A program made the position numbers and the translations under genes. The notes beneath the pieces are model-generated. The model did not search any database. It was not told the DNA's origin and saw only the letters and a program-made list of their open reading frames with translations. Source: an uncultured Clostridia bacterium (GTDB lineage: Bacteria > Bacillota > Clostridia > TANB77 > CAG-508). From it: DNA of 57,361 nucleotides. Of the stretch, positions 44,676 to 57,298 are shown one piece after another (the stretch's first letter is position 1; each line of letters opens with the position of its first letter). Where the stretch lies: the NCBI GenBank assembly GCA_947589645.1, contig CANQCG010000005.1, positions 1-57,361 on the forward strand, given 5' to 3'.

Positions 44676-45673
44676 CCTTTCTTTTCATTAATCAATTTTT
44701 CCAAAATCTGAACGGCATTACTTGCAGCACCTTTTCTAATATTATCAGCTACAACCCAAATATTCAGACCATTTTGAATACTAAAATCTCGTCTAATTCT
44801 TCCAACTAAGACATTATCTTGACCTGTTGCAATAGTTGCTAAAGGGTAAATATTTTTTTGTGGTTCATCTAAAACAGTAATTCCAGGAGATTTAGAAAGT
44901 AAAGCTTTTACTTCTTCTATTTCAAATGGCTTTTCAAACTCTATATTTATAGATTCACTATGGCTGTTTTGGACAGGGACTCTAACTGCTGTTGCTGTGA
45001 TTTTTAAATTAGGCTTATGCAAAATTTTTCGAGTTTCATTTATCATTTTAATTTCTTCTTTAGTATAGCCATCCTCCAAAAATACATCTATATGAGGGAG
45101 ACAATTATTATAAATAGGATGTGCAAACTTTTGAGGAGCAATACTTTTAGCTCCATTTTCTAAATCTAACAAGCCCTGCCTTCCGCTACCTGAAACAGCT
45201 TGATATGTAGAGTAAACTATTCTTTTTATATTATATTTATCGTCTAAAGGCTTTAAAGCCACCACAGCTTGTATTGTAGAACAATTAGGGTTTGCAATAA
45301 TACCATTGTTTAAAAATATATCTTCTGGATTAACCTCTGGCACAACTAAAGGGATATTTTCATACATTCTAAATGCACTACTATTATCAATTACAATACA
45401 TCCTTTTGCCACGGCAATTGGTGCAAAGTGTTTAGCAGTATCTCCACCGGCTGAAAAAATTGCATAATCAAAGCCAGCATCAAAAGAATTGTCTTTTAAT
45501 TCTTGTAAGACATAGTCTTTACCTAAAAATTTTATTTTATTTCCAGCTGATTTGGCCGAGCAAAATAATGTGTATTCAAAATTTTCAACCTCTTTTTCTT
45601 CTAAAACTTGTAACATCGTCCTTCCAACTAAACCACTGGCTCCAACAATAGCTATTCTGTACTTTTTATTCAT
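44672..45673 (-). CDS. asd: Aspartate-semialdehyde dehydrogenase
   Basis: GASGLVG, IDNSSAFR, ANPNCST, TYQAVSGSG, DNIRKGAA; alternative in-frame start at 45727. Confidence 0.96.
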   Translation of the reverse strand: MNKKYRIAIVGASGLVGRTMLQVLEEKEVENFEYTLFCSAKSAGNKIKFLGKDYVLQELKDNSFDAGFDYAIFSAGGDTAKHFAPIAVAKGCIVIDNSSAFRMYENIPLVVPEVNPEDIFLNNGIIANPNCSTIQAVVALKPLDDKYNIKRIVYSTYQAVSGSGRQGLLDLENGAKSIAPQKFAHPIYNNCLPHIDVFLEDGYTKEEIKMINETRKILHKPNLKITATAVRVPVQNSHSESINIEFEKPFEIEEVKALLSKSPGITVLDEPQKNIYPLATIATGQDNVLVGRIRRDFSIQNGLNIWVVADNIRKGAASNAVQILEKLINEKKG

Positions 45674-45851
45674 ATTAAGTTCCTTTCTCAAAGGAATACA
45701 TAGATCCGAAAGATTGCTTCGTTTCATACTAGTCTCCTTGTAAATAATTTGTATATTATATTAGTAAATGTAAAAAAAGTTTAAAAAATATTGAAAAAAT
45801 TGTATAATGTTTGCTATAATAAATTTAGCATATAATAAGGAGAAATAAATT

Positions 45852-47006
45852 ATGTTTAAAAAATTACAAAAGTTAGGTAATTTACCATTAATAATAGCAT
45901 TAGCTGTTGTTGTTGTTTTAGCAGTTGTATTAGTAATTGTTAAAAGTGTAACAGCAAAAGATGCAAGTGCTAATACTAATATAGAAGAAACTGCAAAAGA
46001 GGAATTTCCAAAAGAAGAAGACCAAATTTATGTGCAGGAAAATTATGATGATCAAGAAGAACCAAATGATGATACTCTTGAAACACCAGTAGATATTAAA
46101 TATTTTATAAGAATAAATTATGGACAAAATGTTGTAACTATATATGAAAAAGACACTAACGGAGAATATACAAAGGCTGTTAAAGCAATGGTATGCTCAA
46201 CAGGTACTGCAACTCCAACAAGTGGAACCTATGCAATAAGTGATAAATACACTTGGGGTGTACTAAATGGTGGAGTGTGCGGACAATATTGTTCAAGAAT
46301 AGTTAAAAGTATATTATTCCATTCAGTTCCATATCTAACATATGGTGATAAAAGTTCACTAGAGTATTGGGAATATGATAGATTAGGTACAAAAGCTTCA
46401 GCAGGATGTATTCGTTTAACAGTACAAGATGCAAAATGGATTTTTGAAAATTGCGTAAAAGGCACAAAAGTAGAATTTTATACAGATTCAAACCCAGGAC
46501 CTCTTGGAAAACCAGAGGCACAAAAGATTTCAGGAGATACAGCTGTTAGAGGATGGGATCCAACAGACCCAGATGCAAGAAACCCTTGGAAAACATATAC
46601 TCCATCTCAGCAGACGCCAACGACACCAACTACACCAACAACTCCAACCACTCCAAGCAACCCAACAAACCCATCTACATCAACAGAACCAACACCAACG
46701 GAGCCAACAGATCCAACTCCAACAGATCCAACTACGCCAGATAATCCTGATACACCACCAGTAGACCCAGATGATGAAGATAATCCACCATCAAATCCAG
46801 ACGAAGAAACTGGCGGAAATCAAGGTGGAGAACAAGGAGGAGGTCAAGGCGAACAAACTCCAAAACCAGATGATGGAAATACTGGAGGTACTGGAGACCA
46901 AGGCGATGATGAAGGAAAAGGTTCAGGAGGAACTGAAGAACCAGATGAGCCAGGAGAAGGCGGAGCAGATGAAGGACAACCAAATGTAGGAGAAAATGAA
47001 GAGTAA
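45852..47006 (+). CDS. Membrane-anchored L,D-transpeptidase (YkuD) with Pro/Thr and Gly/acidic tail
   Basis: ILFHSVPY...LG..ASAGCIRL motif; PT repeats. Confidence 0.88.
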   Translation: MFKKLQKLGNLPLIIALAVVVVLAVVLVIVKSVTAKDASANTNIEETAKEEFPKEEDQIYVQENYDDQEEPNDDTLETPVDIKYFIRINYGQNVVTIYEKDTNGEYTKAVKAMVCSTGTATPTSGTYAISDKYTWGVLNGGVCGQYCSRIVKSILFHSVPYLTYGDKSSLEYWEYDRLGTKASAGCIRLTVQDAKWIFENCVKGTKVEFYTDSNPGPLGKPEAQKISGDTAVRGWDPTDPDARNPWKTYTPSQQTPTTPTTPTTPTTPSNPTNPSTSTEPTPTEPTDPTPTDPTTPDNPDTPPVDPDDEDNPPSNPDEETGGNQGGEQGGGQGEQTPKPDDGNTGGTGDQGDDEGKGSGGTEEPDEPGEGGADEGQPNVGENEE

Positions 47007-47028
47007 AATATCGCAATAATTCAATTAA

Positions 47029-47143
47029 AAATATATATTAATTGTGTGATTTAATGCTTTTTTAGTCTAAAAATCGTAAACTTTACATAAAATTATCTAT
47101 TTCTATACTAAAAAAGCATCAAATCATGCAAGGAAATATATTT
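47029..47143. repeat. Composite intergenic repeat, copy C (degenerate palindromic core only)
   Basis: GATTTAATGCTTTTTTAGT...ACTTTACATAAAA...ACTAAAAAAGCATCAAATC. Confidence 0.6.
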
Positions 47144-47245
47144 AAAAGAAAGAAATTTTGAATGAACATATGTAAAAAAAAACATATATTAAGATTTATA
47201 GACTTGAAAAATGTCAAAAACTGTAGTATAATATCAAAAGTTAAT

Positions 47246-47348
47246 AAATTTTATTAAGAGTGGACGAGAGAATCGGCTTTATGACTCCACAGCAACCTGT
47301 GAAAGCAAGGTGCTAAAACCGACAAAGCAAAGCTTTGAATAATAAATA
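47246..47348 (+). ncRNA. SAM-I (S-box) riboswitch
   Basis: TTATTAAGAG...GAGAGAATCGGC...ATGAC..CAGCAACC...AAGGTGCTAAA pattern upstream of metK. Confidence 0.9.
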
Positions 47349-47360
47349 AATTGTTTATTA

Positions 47361-47389
47361 AACCTTTGCTTGCGAGCGAAGGTTTTTTG
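47361..47389 (+). terminator. Riboswitch-controlled terminator
   Basis: AACCTTTGCT-TGCG-AGCGAAGGTT followed by T-run. Confidence 0.85.
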
Positions 47390-47549
47390 ATTGTATATAA
47401 TCTTCTGGCTTCCAACTATGCCGGCAGAAACATTATTAAAAAATTAACATTTTGTAGCAAAGCATCGTTTTAGAAATTCTAAAGCGTTTTAATTATTTAT
47501 TGCAAAAAAGAAAGGGGGAAATGTTAGTTAAAAACTAACATAACTAAAA

Positions 47550-48659
47550 ATGAAAAAATATTATTTTACGTCAGAAAGTGTAACAGAGGGACATCCAGAT
47601 AAATTATGTGATTCTATATCAGATGCAGTTTTAGATGAATGTTTAAAACAAGACGAAAATTCAAGAGTTGCAATAGAAACTTTTGCAACAAATGATACAA
47701 TTACAATAGCTGGACAACTTACAACAAATGCACAAGTAGATATTGAAAAAATTGTAAGAGCAAGAATAAAAGAAATCGGTTTTGACAATAAAGAAACAGA
47801 CATAGATTACAGAACTTGTAAAATATTAATAGATATAACAAAACAAAGCCCTGACATAGCATTGGGAGTTGATATTGGTGGAGCAGGAGACCAAGGAATT
47901 ATGTTTGGCTATGCTTGTGATGAAACTGAAAGTTATATGCCTTATGCAATTGATATGGCTCACAAATTGTCAAAAAGATTAACTGAAGTAAGAAAAGCAG
48001 GAATTGTACCATTTATAAGACCAGATGGAAAAACTCAAGTAACTGTAGAATATGATGGGGATGCCCCAAAAAGAATAGAAACAATACTTGTTTCTACGCA
48101 ACATTTAGATTCTGTTTCTACTGAACAAGTGAGAGAAGCAGTAATTAAAAATGTAATAAAAGCAGTTATTCCGCAAAACATGATTGATGAAAAAACTAAA
48201 ATATATATAAATCCAACTGGAAGATTTGTAATTGGTGGACCTTTGGGAGATACTGGTTTAACCGGAAGAAAAATAATTGTTGACACTTATGGGGGTTATG
48301 CTCGTCATGGTGGAGGTGCTTTTTCTGGAAAAGATGCAAGTAAGGTAGATCGTTCAGCAGCATATATGTTGAGGCATATTGCTAAAAACATAGTTGCAAA
48401 TGGCTACGCAAAAAAATGTGAAATTCAAGTAGCTTATGCAATAGGAATAAAAGAGCCTCTTTCTATATGTGTTGATACTTTCGGAACAGGCAATATCGCA
48501 GAAGAACAATTAGCCCAAATTATAAAAAATAAATTTGACTTAACTCCAGCAGGCATTATAAAATACTTAAATCTAAAACAACCAATATATTCAGAAACAA
48601 CCAATTATGGACATTTTGGAAAAGAAAACTTACCATGGGAAAAAATCATAAAAATGTAG
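47550..48659 (+). CDS. metK: S-adenosylmethionine synthetase
   Basis: [33 protein letters not shown]. Confidence 0.98.
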   Translation: MKKYYFTSESVTEGHPDKLCDSISDAVLDECLKQDENSRVAIETFATNDTITIAGQLTTNAQVDIEKIVRARIKEIGFDNKETDIDYRTCKILIDITKQSPDIALGVDIGGAGDQGIMFGYACDETESYMPYAIDMAHKLSKRLTEVRKAGIVPFIRPDGKTQVTVEYDGDAPKRIETILVSTQHLDSVSTEQVREAVIKNVIKAVIPQNMIDEKTKIYINPTGRFVIGGPLGDTGLTGRKIIVDTYGGYARHGGGAFSGKDASKVDRSAAYMLRHIAKNIVANGYAKKCEIQVAYAIGIKEPLSICVDTFGTGNIAEEQLAQIIKNKFDLTPAGIIKYLNLKQPIYSETTNYGHFGKENLPWEKIIKM

Positions 48660-48745
48660 CACTATACAAAAAGCAATCTCTAAATTAAGAGATTGTTTTT
48701 ATTATCTATGATAAAATCTATATAAAATCTATATACAAATTTATA

Positions 48746-49002
48746 AGGCTTTTCTAGACCGATTCATTTTTTAAAATTTTATATATTTTTTCCAAAAAAC
48801 ATGCTTTTCTAGACCGATTCATTTTTTGAAATTTTATATATCTTTTTCAAAAAACATGCTTTTCTAGACCGATTCATTTTTTAAATTAATATATTTCCTC
48901 CCAAAAACATGGCTTTTCTACAAGCTAGCATTATAAATTTACATAAAAATAAAATGCTAGCTTGTAGAAAAGGGTGTATTTTAGAAAAGAAATATATAAA
49001 AT
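48746..49002. repeat. Composite intergenic repeat, copy D (three 54-55-bp units plus palindromic core)
   Basis: CTAGACCGATTCATTTT at 48754, 48809, 48864; core nearly identical to copy A. Confidence 0.9.
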
Positions 49003-49043
49003 CGCATAAAAGCATATTAATTAATAATTTTAAACTCAAAAAT

Positions 49044-49187
49044 TTAATTTTCTAATTTTTTATAATCACTTTTTATAAAATATGCACAATCAGAACTAGA
49101 AGATATTTTGCTAACATCTACTAATTCATAATTACATTTCCCATCTTTTTGATAAATACAATTTGAAGTACAATTTATATTTGTCAA
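49044..49187 (-). CDS. 47-aa four-Cys small protein MTNINCTSNCIYQKDGKCNYELVDVSKISSSSDCAYFIKSDYKKLEN
   Basis: GAGGTGA RBS, TTG start; GTATA-N15-GAAATACTA forespore-type promoter upstream. Not in the ORF track. Confidence 0.75.
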   Translation of the reverse strand: MTNINCTSNCIYQKDGKCNYELVDVSKISSSSDCAYFIKSDYKKLEN

Positions 49188-49301
49188 AAATATCACCTCA
49201 AAAAGTAGTATTTCAAAAACAAATAAAAATATACAAAAATATAAATATGCAATAAATGAGCAATATATTATTCAAAAAATATATTATTCAAAATAAATAT
49301 T

Positions 49302-49940
49302 CTATTTTGAATTGAAAGTTTTGCAGTATTTTTTAATCGTACAAATTTCGCAAGTAGGTTTAATTGCTTTGCAAGTATTTCTGCCGTGCCATACTAAAAG
49401 ATGATTTATATATTTTAAATCTTGTTTATCAAATATTTTTAGCAAGTCTTGTTCGATTTTTTCCGGGTCTGAATTAGAAGACAAACCAAGTTTATTAGAA
49501 ATACGTTTAGCGTGTGTATCAACAGCTATTCCATTTGCAATTCCAAAAACTTCAAGAAGAACAACATTTGCAGTTTTTCTACCAACACCTGGCAAGCATA
49601 AAAGTTCTTCCATAGTAGATGGAACCTCACCGTCAAATTTTTCTAAAACTTGTTTGGCACAAGCTTTAATGTTATTAGCTTTGTTTTTATAAAATCCGCA
49701 AGGATGAATTAAATCTTCTAATTCTTTAATATCAATATCTACAAAATCTTGAACTGTTTTACATCTTTTAAATAAAGCAGGAGTAGTTTTATTAACTCTT
49801 TCGTCAGTGCATTGAGCTGATAGAATAACAGCAACAACTGCTTCAAAAGGAGTTTTAAAATCTAAACTACAGGTTGCATCTGGATATGTTTTTCGTAAAA
49901 TTTCTACAATTTGTTTTGCGTCTTTTTTTGTAATTTTCAT
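49302..49940 (-). CDS. nth: Endonuclease III
   Basis: LSAQCTDERVN, LPGVGRKTAN HhH, AVDTH, C-x6-C-x2-C-x5-C. Confidence 0.97.
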   Translation of the reverse strand: MKITKKDAKQIVEILRKTYPDATCSLDFKTPFEAVVAVILSAQCTDERVNKTTPALFKRCKTVQDFVDIDIKELEDLIHPCGFYKNKANNIKACAKQVLEKFDGEVPSTMEELLCLPGVGRKTANVVLLEVFGIANGIAVDTHAKRISNKLGLSSNSDPEKIEQDLLKIFDKQDLKYINHLLVWHGRNTCKAIKPTCEICTIKKYCKTFNSK

Positions 49941-50055
49941 TATAATCACCTAAAAATATTATACATTAAAAACACCATCAAATCAATACTTACAAGATGC
50001 CAACAACACTATTTATATGAATCTAAAAATAATAACACAAATAAAAATAAAAATT

Positions 50056-50132
50056 TTAGCACAAACTATTGACAAGTGCTAAAAAAAGTTATACTATATT
50101 TGAAGTTAGCAAACCAAAAGCAAGACTGCTAA
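50056..50132 (+). promoter_or_regulatory. Two CIRCE-like operators flanking and overlapping the hrcA sigmaA promoter
   Basis: TTAGCAC-N13-GTGCTAA at 50056-50082 (contains TTGACA) and TTAGCA-N15-TGCTAA at 50106-50132, both 27 bp. Confidence 0.85.
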
Positions 50133-50152
50133 AAATGAAAGGAGCTTTGAAA

Positions 50153-51184
50153 TTGCTAAGTGATAGAAAAAAGAAAGTTTTACAAGCTATTGTAGAAGAA
50201 TATGTAAATACTGCTGAGCCAGTCAGCTCTAATTCATTAGTAAATAATTATGGACTAGATTTTAGTAGTGCAACAATCAGAAACGAAATGGCTGAGCTTG
50301 AAAAAATGGGCTATTTAGATAAAACCCATACATCAAGTGGTAGAATTCCATCAGAAAAAGGTTACAGATTCTATGTTGATGAACTAATAAAAGAAGATAA
50401 TATTAGTGTAGAAGAAATCAAATATATTAGTTCAAAGCTAGAAACAAAAGTAAATGAAATTGAAGAGTTAACACAAATAACAGCCAATACAATTTCAGAA
50501 GTAACGCATTATGCAACAGTATCTATTGGACCAAAAAATGATGAGCAAAAAATCGAACAAATTAAATTTGTATTACTTGGTGCTAGAATGCTACTTACAG
50601 TTATTCTTACAGATACAGGCTTAGTAAAAGAAACCATTATAAAATTTGATGAAGACATAAACGAAAATCAAGTTCAAACATTAAATTTAATGTTCAATAA
50701 CAAATTAAAAGGAAAACCATTAGATGACATAAAAGGTAAATTAGAAGAATATCTTTATGACGAAATGAAATATAGCGTAAAAGTTATCAAGCCAATTATT
50801 GAGCAAATAAAAAAAGTGTTAGAAAGTGAAGAACAAGTTCATTTAGAAGGAGCAAATAGAGCTTTTGAATTACCAGAATTTAATAGCTTAGAAATAACTA
50901 AAAATTTTATAAATGTATTAGATACAAAGGACATAATGACAGACATATTAAATACAGGTTTAGCCCAAGATATAAATGTATATATAGGTGAAGAAAGCGA
51001 AAAAGAAGAGCTAAAAGATTTTAGTATTATCACATTTAAGCATAGAGTTGGAAATAAAGATTTGGGGACGATTGGAATTATAGGACCTAAAAGAATGAAT
51101 TATTCTAAAGTAATCTCTGTTATGAAATATATAAGCAAAAAGCTTAACGAAAACAGAGAGCTTAATGATGATAATAAGCAATAA
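50153..51184 (+). CDS. hrcA: Heat-inducible transcription repressor
   Basis: SSATIRNEMAELE..GYL...HTSSGRIPS, GIIGPKRMNY; TTG start after AAAGGAG. Confidence 0.97.
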   Translation: MLSDRKKKVLQAIVEEYVNTAEPVSSNSLVNNYGLDFSSATIRNEMAELEKMGYLDKTHTSSGRIPSEKGYRFYVDELIKEDNISVEEIKYISSKLETKVNEIEELTQITANTISEVTHYATVSIGPKNDEQKIEQIKFVLLGARMLLTVILTDTGLVKETIIKFDEDINENQVQTLNLMFNNKLKGKPLDDIKGKLEEYLYDEMKYSVKVIKPIIEQIKKVLESEEQVHLEGANRAFELPEFNSLEITKNFINVLDTKDIMTDILNTGLAQDINVYIGEESEKEELKDFSIITFKHRVGNKDLGTIGIIGPKRMNYSKVISVMKYISKKLNENRELNDDNKQ

Positions 51185-51270
51185 GACAATAGACAACAAG
51201 ACAATACACAATAAGCAATAAGACAATAGACAATAAAACAATAAGCAATAAAATAAGGAACTAATAAGCA
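51172..51270. repeat. Low-complexity 7-8-bp tandem repeats between hrcA and grpE
   Basis: AATAAGC/AATAAGAC/AATAGAC units. Confidence 0.75.
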
Positions 51271-51292
51271 GTTCTTGGAAGGAAGGTATAAA

Positions 51293-51943
51293 ATGTCAGA
51301 AGAAAAGCAAAATAATGAAGAGACCGTAAACAAATATACAAACTCTGCAGAAAATCAAAAAGAACAAAACGAAACGAGCAAAGCTGGAGCAAGTTATAAT
51401 GATACAAACAAAAATCAAACAAGTAATTCAGAAACCGGCAAATCAGAAGCAAATAATAATGCTCAAAATAATAAACCAGAAGAAAATAAAATCGAAGACC
51501 CAAAAACAGAGTTACAACAAAAGAAAGAAGAACTAGAAGAATTAACAGACAGATATAAAAGAGTTATGGCAGAATTTGAAAATTACAAAAAAAGAGCACA
51601 GAAAGAAAGAGAATCACTTTATAATATGACTCTTTCAGATGTTATAGAAGCAATCTTACCAGTAATGGACAACTTAGAAAATGCTGCAAAAGCAGAAACA
51701 CAAGATGAAAGTTATAAGCAAGGCGTACAAATGGTATTAAAACAATTAAAAGACGTATTAGAATCTAAAGGTGTAAAAGAAATTCCAGCAGTTGGAGAAA
51801 CATTTGATCCAAGCTTACATGAAGCAGTAAGTAGTGTAGATGATCCAAATACAGAATCACAAAAAATAGTTCAAGAATATAGAAAAGGCTACAAAATTGG
51901 AAGCAGAGTTATACGTCATTCAATGGTAGTTGTAGCAAATTAA
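51293..51943 (+). CDS. grpE: Nucleotide exchange factor GrpE
   Basis: AEFENYKKR, FDPSLHEAV, KGY...RVIRHSMVVV. Confidence 0.96.
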   Translation: MSEEKQNNEETVNKYTNSAENQKEQNETSKAGASYNDTNKNQTSNSETGKSEANNNAQNNKPEENKIEDPKTELQQKKEELEELTDRYKRVMAEFENYKKRAQKERESLYNMTLSDVIEAILPVMDNLENAAKAETQDESYKQGVQMVLKQLKDVLESKGVKEIPAVGETFDPSLHEAVSSVDDPNTESQKIVQEYRKGYKIGSRVIRHSMVVVAN

Positions 51944-52118
51944 AATCATATGCAATTTAATAGTAATGCACAAAATTATGCACCAACTAATTGATCAAAC
52001 ACAAGCAAACTAAAAATTTAAGTAGTTATTAATTTTAGTTTTTGCAATTTAGCAAAAACTTGTAAAATATAAAAAAGTTAAAAATTTAGGGGCAAAGCCT
52101 CATATAGAAAGGAAGTAA

Positions 52119-53990
<1,872 letters not shown>

Positions 53991-54073
53991 ATTTAAAATG
54001 AGTAGATGCTAGGCATCAAATAGACTTTAAACCAAATAGAATCATCTCAACAAATAAATATAATAATATAAAT

Positions 54074-54118
54074 TTAATTTGCAACTGAGAAAAGATAATT
54101 TTCTCAGTTCAAATTAAG
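54074..54118 (+). terminator. Stem-loop after dnaK
   Basis: TTAATTTGCAACTGAGAAAA...TTTTCTCAGTTCAAATTAA. Confidence 0.6.
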
Positions 54119-54147
54119 TTTAGTAAATTTTTTTGTACGAGGGAAAA

Positions 54148-54681
54148 ATGAATAAAAAATTTGAAGAATTAAAAGAAAAATTTATAAAAATTCAAAAAAG
54201 ACATGAAGGTGTAGAAGAAAGAGTTAAAAAGAGAAATATAAAAAAAGCAATAATAATAACAAGTGCTATTTTTATATTGGCAGTATTAATAGTAGCAATT
54301 TTTACAATACACCATTTTTTTGGAAATAACAAATACATAACGGCTGATGTCAAAATTTCAAGTTCATCTAAATTATATCAAAATTCAGATCCGGAAGATA
54401 TTGAAGATGTTGGCGAAGGAGCATTATTCATTATTCGTGTGGCTGGAATAAAGCGAGATGATTTTTTAGAAAAATATGAAGTAATGGAAATTGATATAAA
54501 TGGAGAAAAAGTCAATTTAGATGATGCTATATATAAGCATCTAAATAAGGCCTTTAGCATAAAGGTACACAGTAAAAACTATAATTTAGAAAAGGGAAAT
54601 TCTATATTAATATCTATAAAAGAAAAACAAAGTGGAAATATTTTAAGAAAAAGGCTATATCACAAAACAGATATTGTATAA
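54148..54681 (+). CDS. Hypothetical single-TM protein between dnaK and dnaJ
   Basis: Basic N-terminus, one TM helix, GAGGG RBS. Confidence 0.65.
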   Translation: MNKKFEELKEKFIKIQKRHEGVEERVKKRNIKKAIIITSAIFILAVLIVAIFTIHHFFGNNKYITADVKISSSSKLYQNSDPEDIEDVGEGALFIIRVAGIKRDDFLEKYEVMEIDINGEKVNLDDAIYKHLNKAFSIKVHSKNYNLEKGNSILISIKEKQSGNILRKRLYHKTDIV

Positions 54682-54754
54682 ATTATATATAGCCTCATAA
54701 ATTTAAAGTGTAAGGAGGATATGCTAGTTTTTTAAAACTAGCATAAGCTAAGCT

Positions 54755-55915
54755 ATGGCAAATAAAAGAGACTATTATGAAGTATTAGGAGTAGAAAAAA
54801 CTGCCAGTGACGAAGAAATAAAAAAAGCATATAGAAGGCTTGCAAAAAAATATCATCCAGATGCTAACCCAGACAATAAACAGGAAGCAGAAGCTAAGTT
54901 TAAAGAAGTTAATGAAGCATATGAAAATTTATCTGATCCACAAAAAAGAAAGATGTATGATCAATTTGGATTTGATGGACCTCAAGGACCATTTGGTGGC
55001 CAAGGACCTTTTGGTCAAGGTGGATATTATTCTTATACAAGTTCTGGATTTGATGGCTTTTCAGATTTTGGAGACTTGGGAGATATATTTTCAAGCTTTT
55101 TTGGAGGAGGAGCAAGAACTTCAAGCTCTAGGAGAAATAATGGACCACGCAAAGGTGCAGATTTAAATTTAAATTTAGAAATATCATTCGAAGAAGCATT
55201 TTTAGGTGTAGAAAAAAATATTACAATAACAAGAAACGAAACTTGTACAGTTTGCCATGGAAGCGGTGCTAAACCAGGAACATCAGTTACAAAATGTACT
55301 GTATGTAATGGTACTGGTCAAGTAAGGCAAGTGCAAAATACGATACTTGGACAAATGCAAACTACAAGAACTTGTTCAAATTGTCACGGAACTGGTGAAG
55401 TAATAAAAGAACCTTGCGAAAATTGTAGAGGTAAAGGAACAGTAAGGAAACAACCAAAAATAAAAGTAAAAATTCCAGCAGGAATAGATAATGATCAAAC
55501 TGTAGTATTAAGAAATGAGGGAGACCCGGGCGAAAAAGGTGGACCAAATGGAGATTTATACATTACAGTTAGAGTGAAAAAACATTCAATTTTTACACGA
55601 AAAGGGTTGAATGTATTTTGCAATATTCCAATTACAATAACACAAGCATCATTAGGAGCAGAACTTGAGATACCTATGGTGGATGGAAGTAAACAAAAAT
55701 ATAGAATACCAGAAGCGACCCAAACAGGTGAGAAATTTACTATAAAAAATAAGGGCTTTAAATCTTTAAATTCAAGTGTTGTTGGAGATTTTGTATTTAC
55801 AGTTTCAGTGCAAACGCCAAAAAGGCTAACCTCAGAGCAAAGAGAGCTTTTAGAAAAATTAGCTAGAACAATGAATGAGCAACCAGCAATTAAGAAAAAA
55901 AGTTTTTGGGGATAA
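54755..55915 (+). CDS. dnaJ: Chaperone DnaJ
   Basis: HPD motif, G/F region, four CxxCxGxG. Confidence 0.98.
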   Translation: MANKRDYYEVLGVEKTASDEEIKKAYRRLAKKYHPDANPDNKQEAEAKFKEVNEAYENLSDPQKRKMYDQFGFDGPQGPFGGQGPFGQGGYYSYTSSGFDGFSDFGDLGDIFSSFFGGGARTSSSRRNNGPRKGADLNLNLEISFEEAFLGVEKNITITRNETCTVCHGSGAKPGTSVTKCTVCNGTGQVRQVQNTILGQMQTTRTCSNCHGTGEVIKEPCENCRGKGTVRKQPKIKVKIPAGIDNDQTVVLRNEGDPGEKGGPNGDLYITVRVKKHSIFTRKGLNVFCNIPITITQASLGAELEIPMVDGSKQKYRIPEATQTGEKFTIKNKGFKSLNSSVVGDFVFTVSVQTPKRLTSEQRELLEKLARTMNEQPAIKKKSFWG

Positions 55916-55919
55916 ATAA

Positions 55920-56969
55920 ATGAAAAATATTAAAGATTATAATTTAGAAGAATTAAAGCAAGAGTTTATAGCAATGGGAGAAAAACCATTTAGAGCTGAG
56001 CAGGTTTTTAAATGGATATTTGAAGCAAATGTTACAAGTTTTGACGAAATGACGAATCTATCATTAGAACTTCGTGAAAAGCTAAAGCAAAATTATACAT
56101 TATGCATTTACAAGATATTAAAAAAACAAGTTGCTTCTGATGGAACAAAAAAATATTTATTTGATGTATTAGATGGCAATGCTATAGAAACTGTACTAAT
56201 GGAATATCATCATGGTTATAGCATATGTGTATCTTCTCAAATTGGTTGCAAGATGGGATGTAAATTTTGTGCATCAACAGGAATACAATTTGCACGAAAT
56301 TTAAGCTCCGGCGAAATTGTAGAACAAATACTTGCTGTAGAAAGAGAAGAAAATATAAAAATTTCAAATGTTGTTTTTATGGGAATCGGAGAGCCTTTAG
56401 ATAATTATGATAATGTGGTAAATGCCATAAGAATAATAAATAATCAAAAAGGAATTAATATTGGCGCAAGGCACATAAGCATTTCAACAAGTGGGATAGT
56501 TCCTAAAATATACAAACTAGCAGAAGAAAATATACAATGTACTCTTTCAATTTCTTTACATGCAACAACAAACGAAAAGCGAAGCAGTATGATGCCAGTA
56601 AATGATGCATATAATCTGGAGGAACTTTTAAAAGCTTGTAAAGATTATATAGAAAAGACAAATAGAAGAATATCATTTGAATATGCTTTGGCAAAAGACA
56701 ATAATGACAATTTAGAGGATGCTCAAAGGTTAGTAAAATTGTTAAAAGGAATGTTATGCCATGTTAATTTAATTCCTATTAATAAAATCGAAAATGGAGC
56801 TTATGTTAAAAGTTCTAATGAAAATATAATAAAATTTAGAGATTATTTAAATGAACATGGAATAGTAGCAACAATAAGAAGAGAATTGGGATCAGATATT
56901 GATGCAGCCTGTGGACAATTAAGAAGAAAAAATTTACAAGAAACAAAAATCTCAAAAAATAAAGTATAA
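55920..56969 (+). CDS. rlmN: Dual-specificity RNA m2A methyltransferase
   Basis: CVSSQIGCKMGCKFCAS, FMGIGEP, DIDAACGQL. Confidence 0.97.
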   Translation: MKNIKDYNLEELKQEFIAMGEKPFRAEQVFKWIFEANVTSFDEMTNLSLELREKLKQNYTLCIYKILKKQVASDGTKKYLFDVLDGNAIETVLMEYHHGYSICVSSQIGCKMGCKFCASTGIQFARNLSSGEIVEQILAVEREENIKISNVVFMGIGEPLDNYDNVVNAIRIINNQKGINIGARHISISTSGIVPKIYKLAEENIQCTLSISLHATTNEKRSSMMPVNDAYNLEELLKACKDYIEKTNRRISFEYALAKDNNDNLEDAQRLVKLLKGMLCHVNLIPINKIENGAYVKSSNENIIKFRDYLNEHGIVATIRRELGSDIDAACGQLRRKNLQETKISKNKV

Positions 56970-57206
56970 CAAAGAATAAATGCAAGAACAATTAGAAAAT
57001 AATTAAGAAAGTTAAAATCAGGCGATAAAACCTTAATATGCATGTAATAAAAACGTAATAGAGATGTAACGAAATCTTAATACAATATTAATTGAAATTT
57101 GTATTAATAATAGTATAATAAAATATAGGAATATGTAGAAATTTGACGAAAATACTATAAATTACATAGTAGTATATAATGCATATAACAAAAGGAGACA
57201 AAGCAA

Positions 57207-57272
57207 ATGATAAACGCTATAACCCTTGGCGCTGTACACACACACACACACACACACACAGATAACCGTTAA
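57207..57272 (+). CDS. Short leader ORF or out-of-frame 5' end containing (CA)12: MINAITLGAVHTHTHTHTDNR
   Basis: AAAGGAG RBS; TTGACG...TATAAT-like promoter elements upstream. Confidence 0.55.
   Translation: MINAITLGAVHTHTHTHTDNR
57237..57260 (+). repeat. (CA)12 simple sequence repeat
   Basis: Direct reading. Confidence 0.97.
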
Positions 57273-57298
57273 TAATAAAATAAAAAACCAAAAACACA

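Noticed and set aside
48746..49002. CRISPR array interpretation of the ~55-bp periodic repeats
   Set aside because: Inter-repeat sequences are similar to each other rather than unique spacers; no cas genes in the window.
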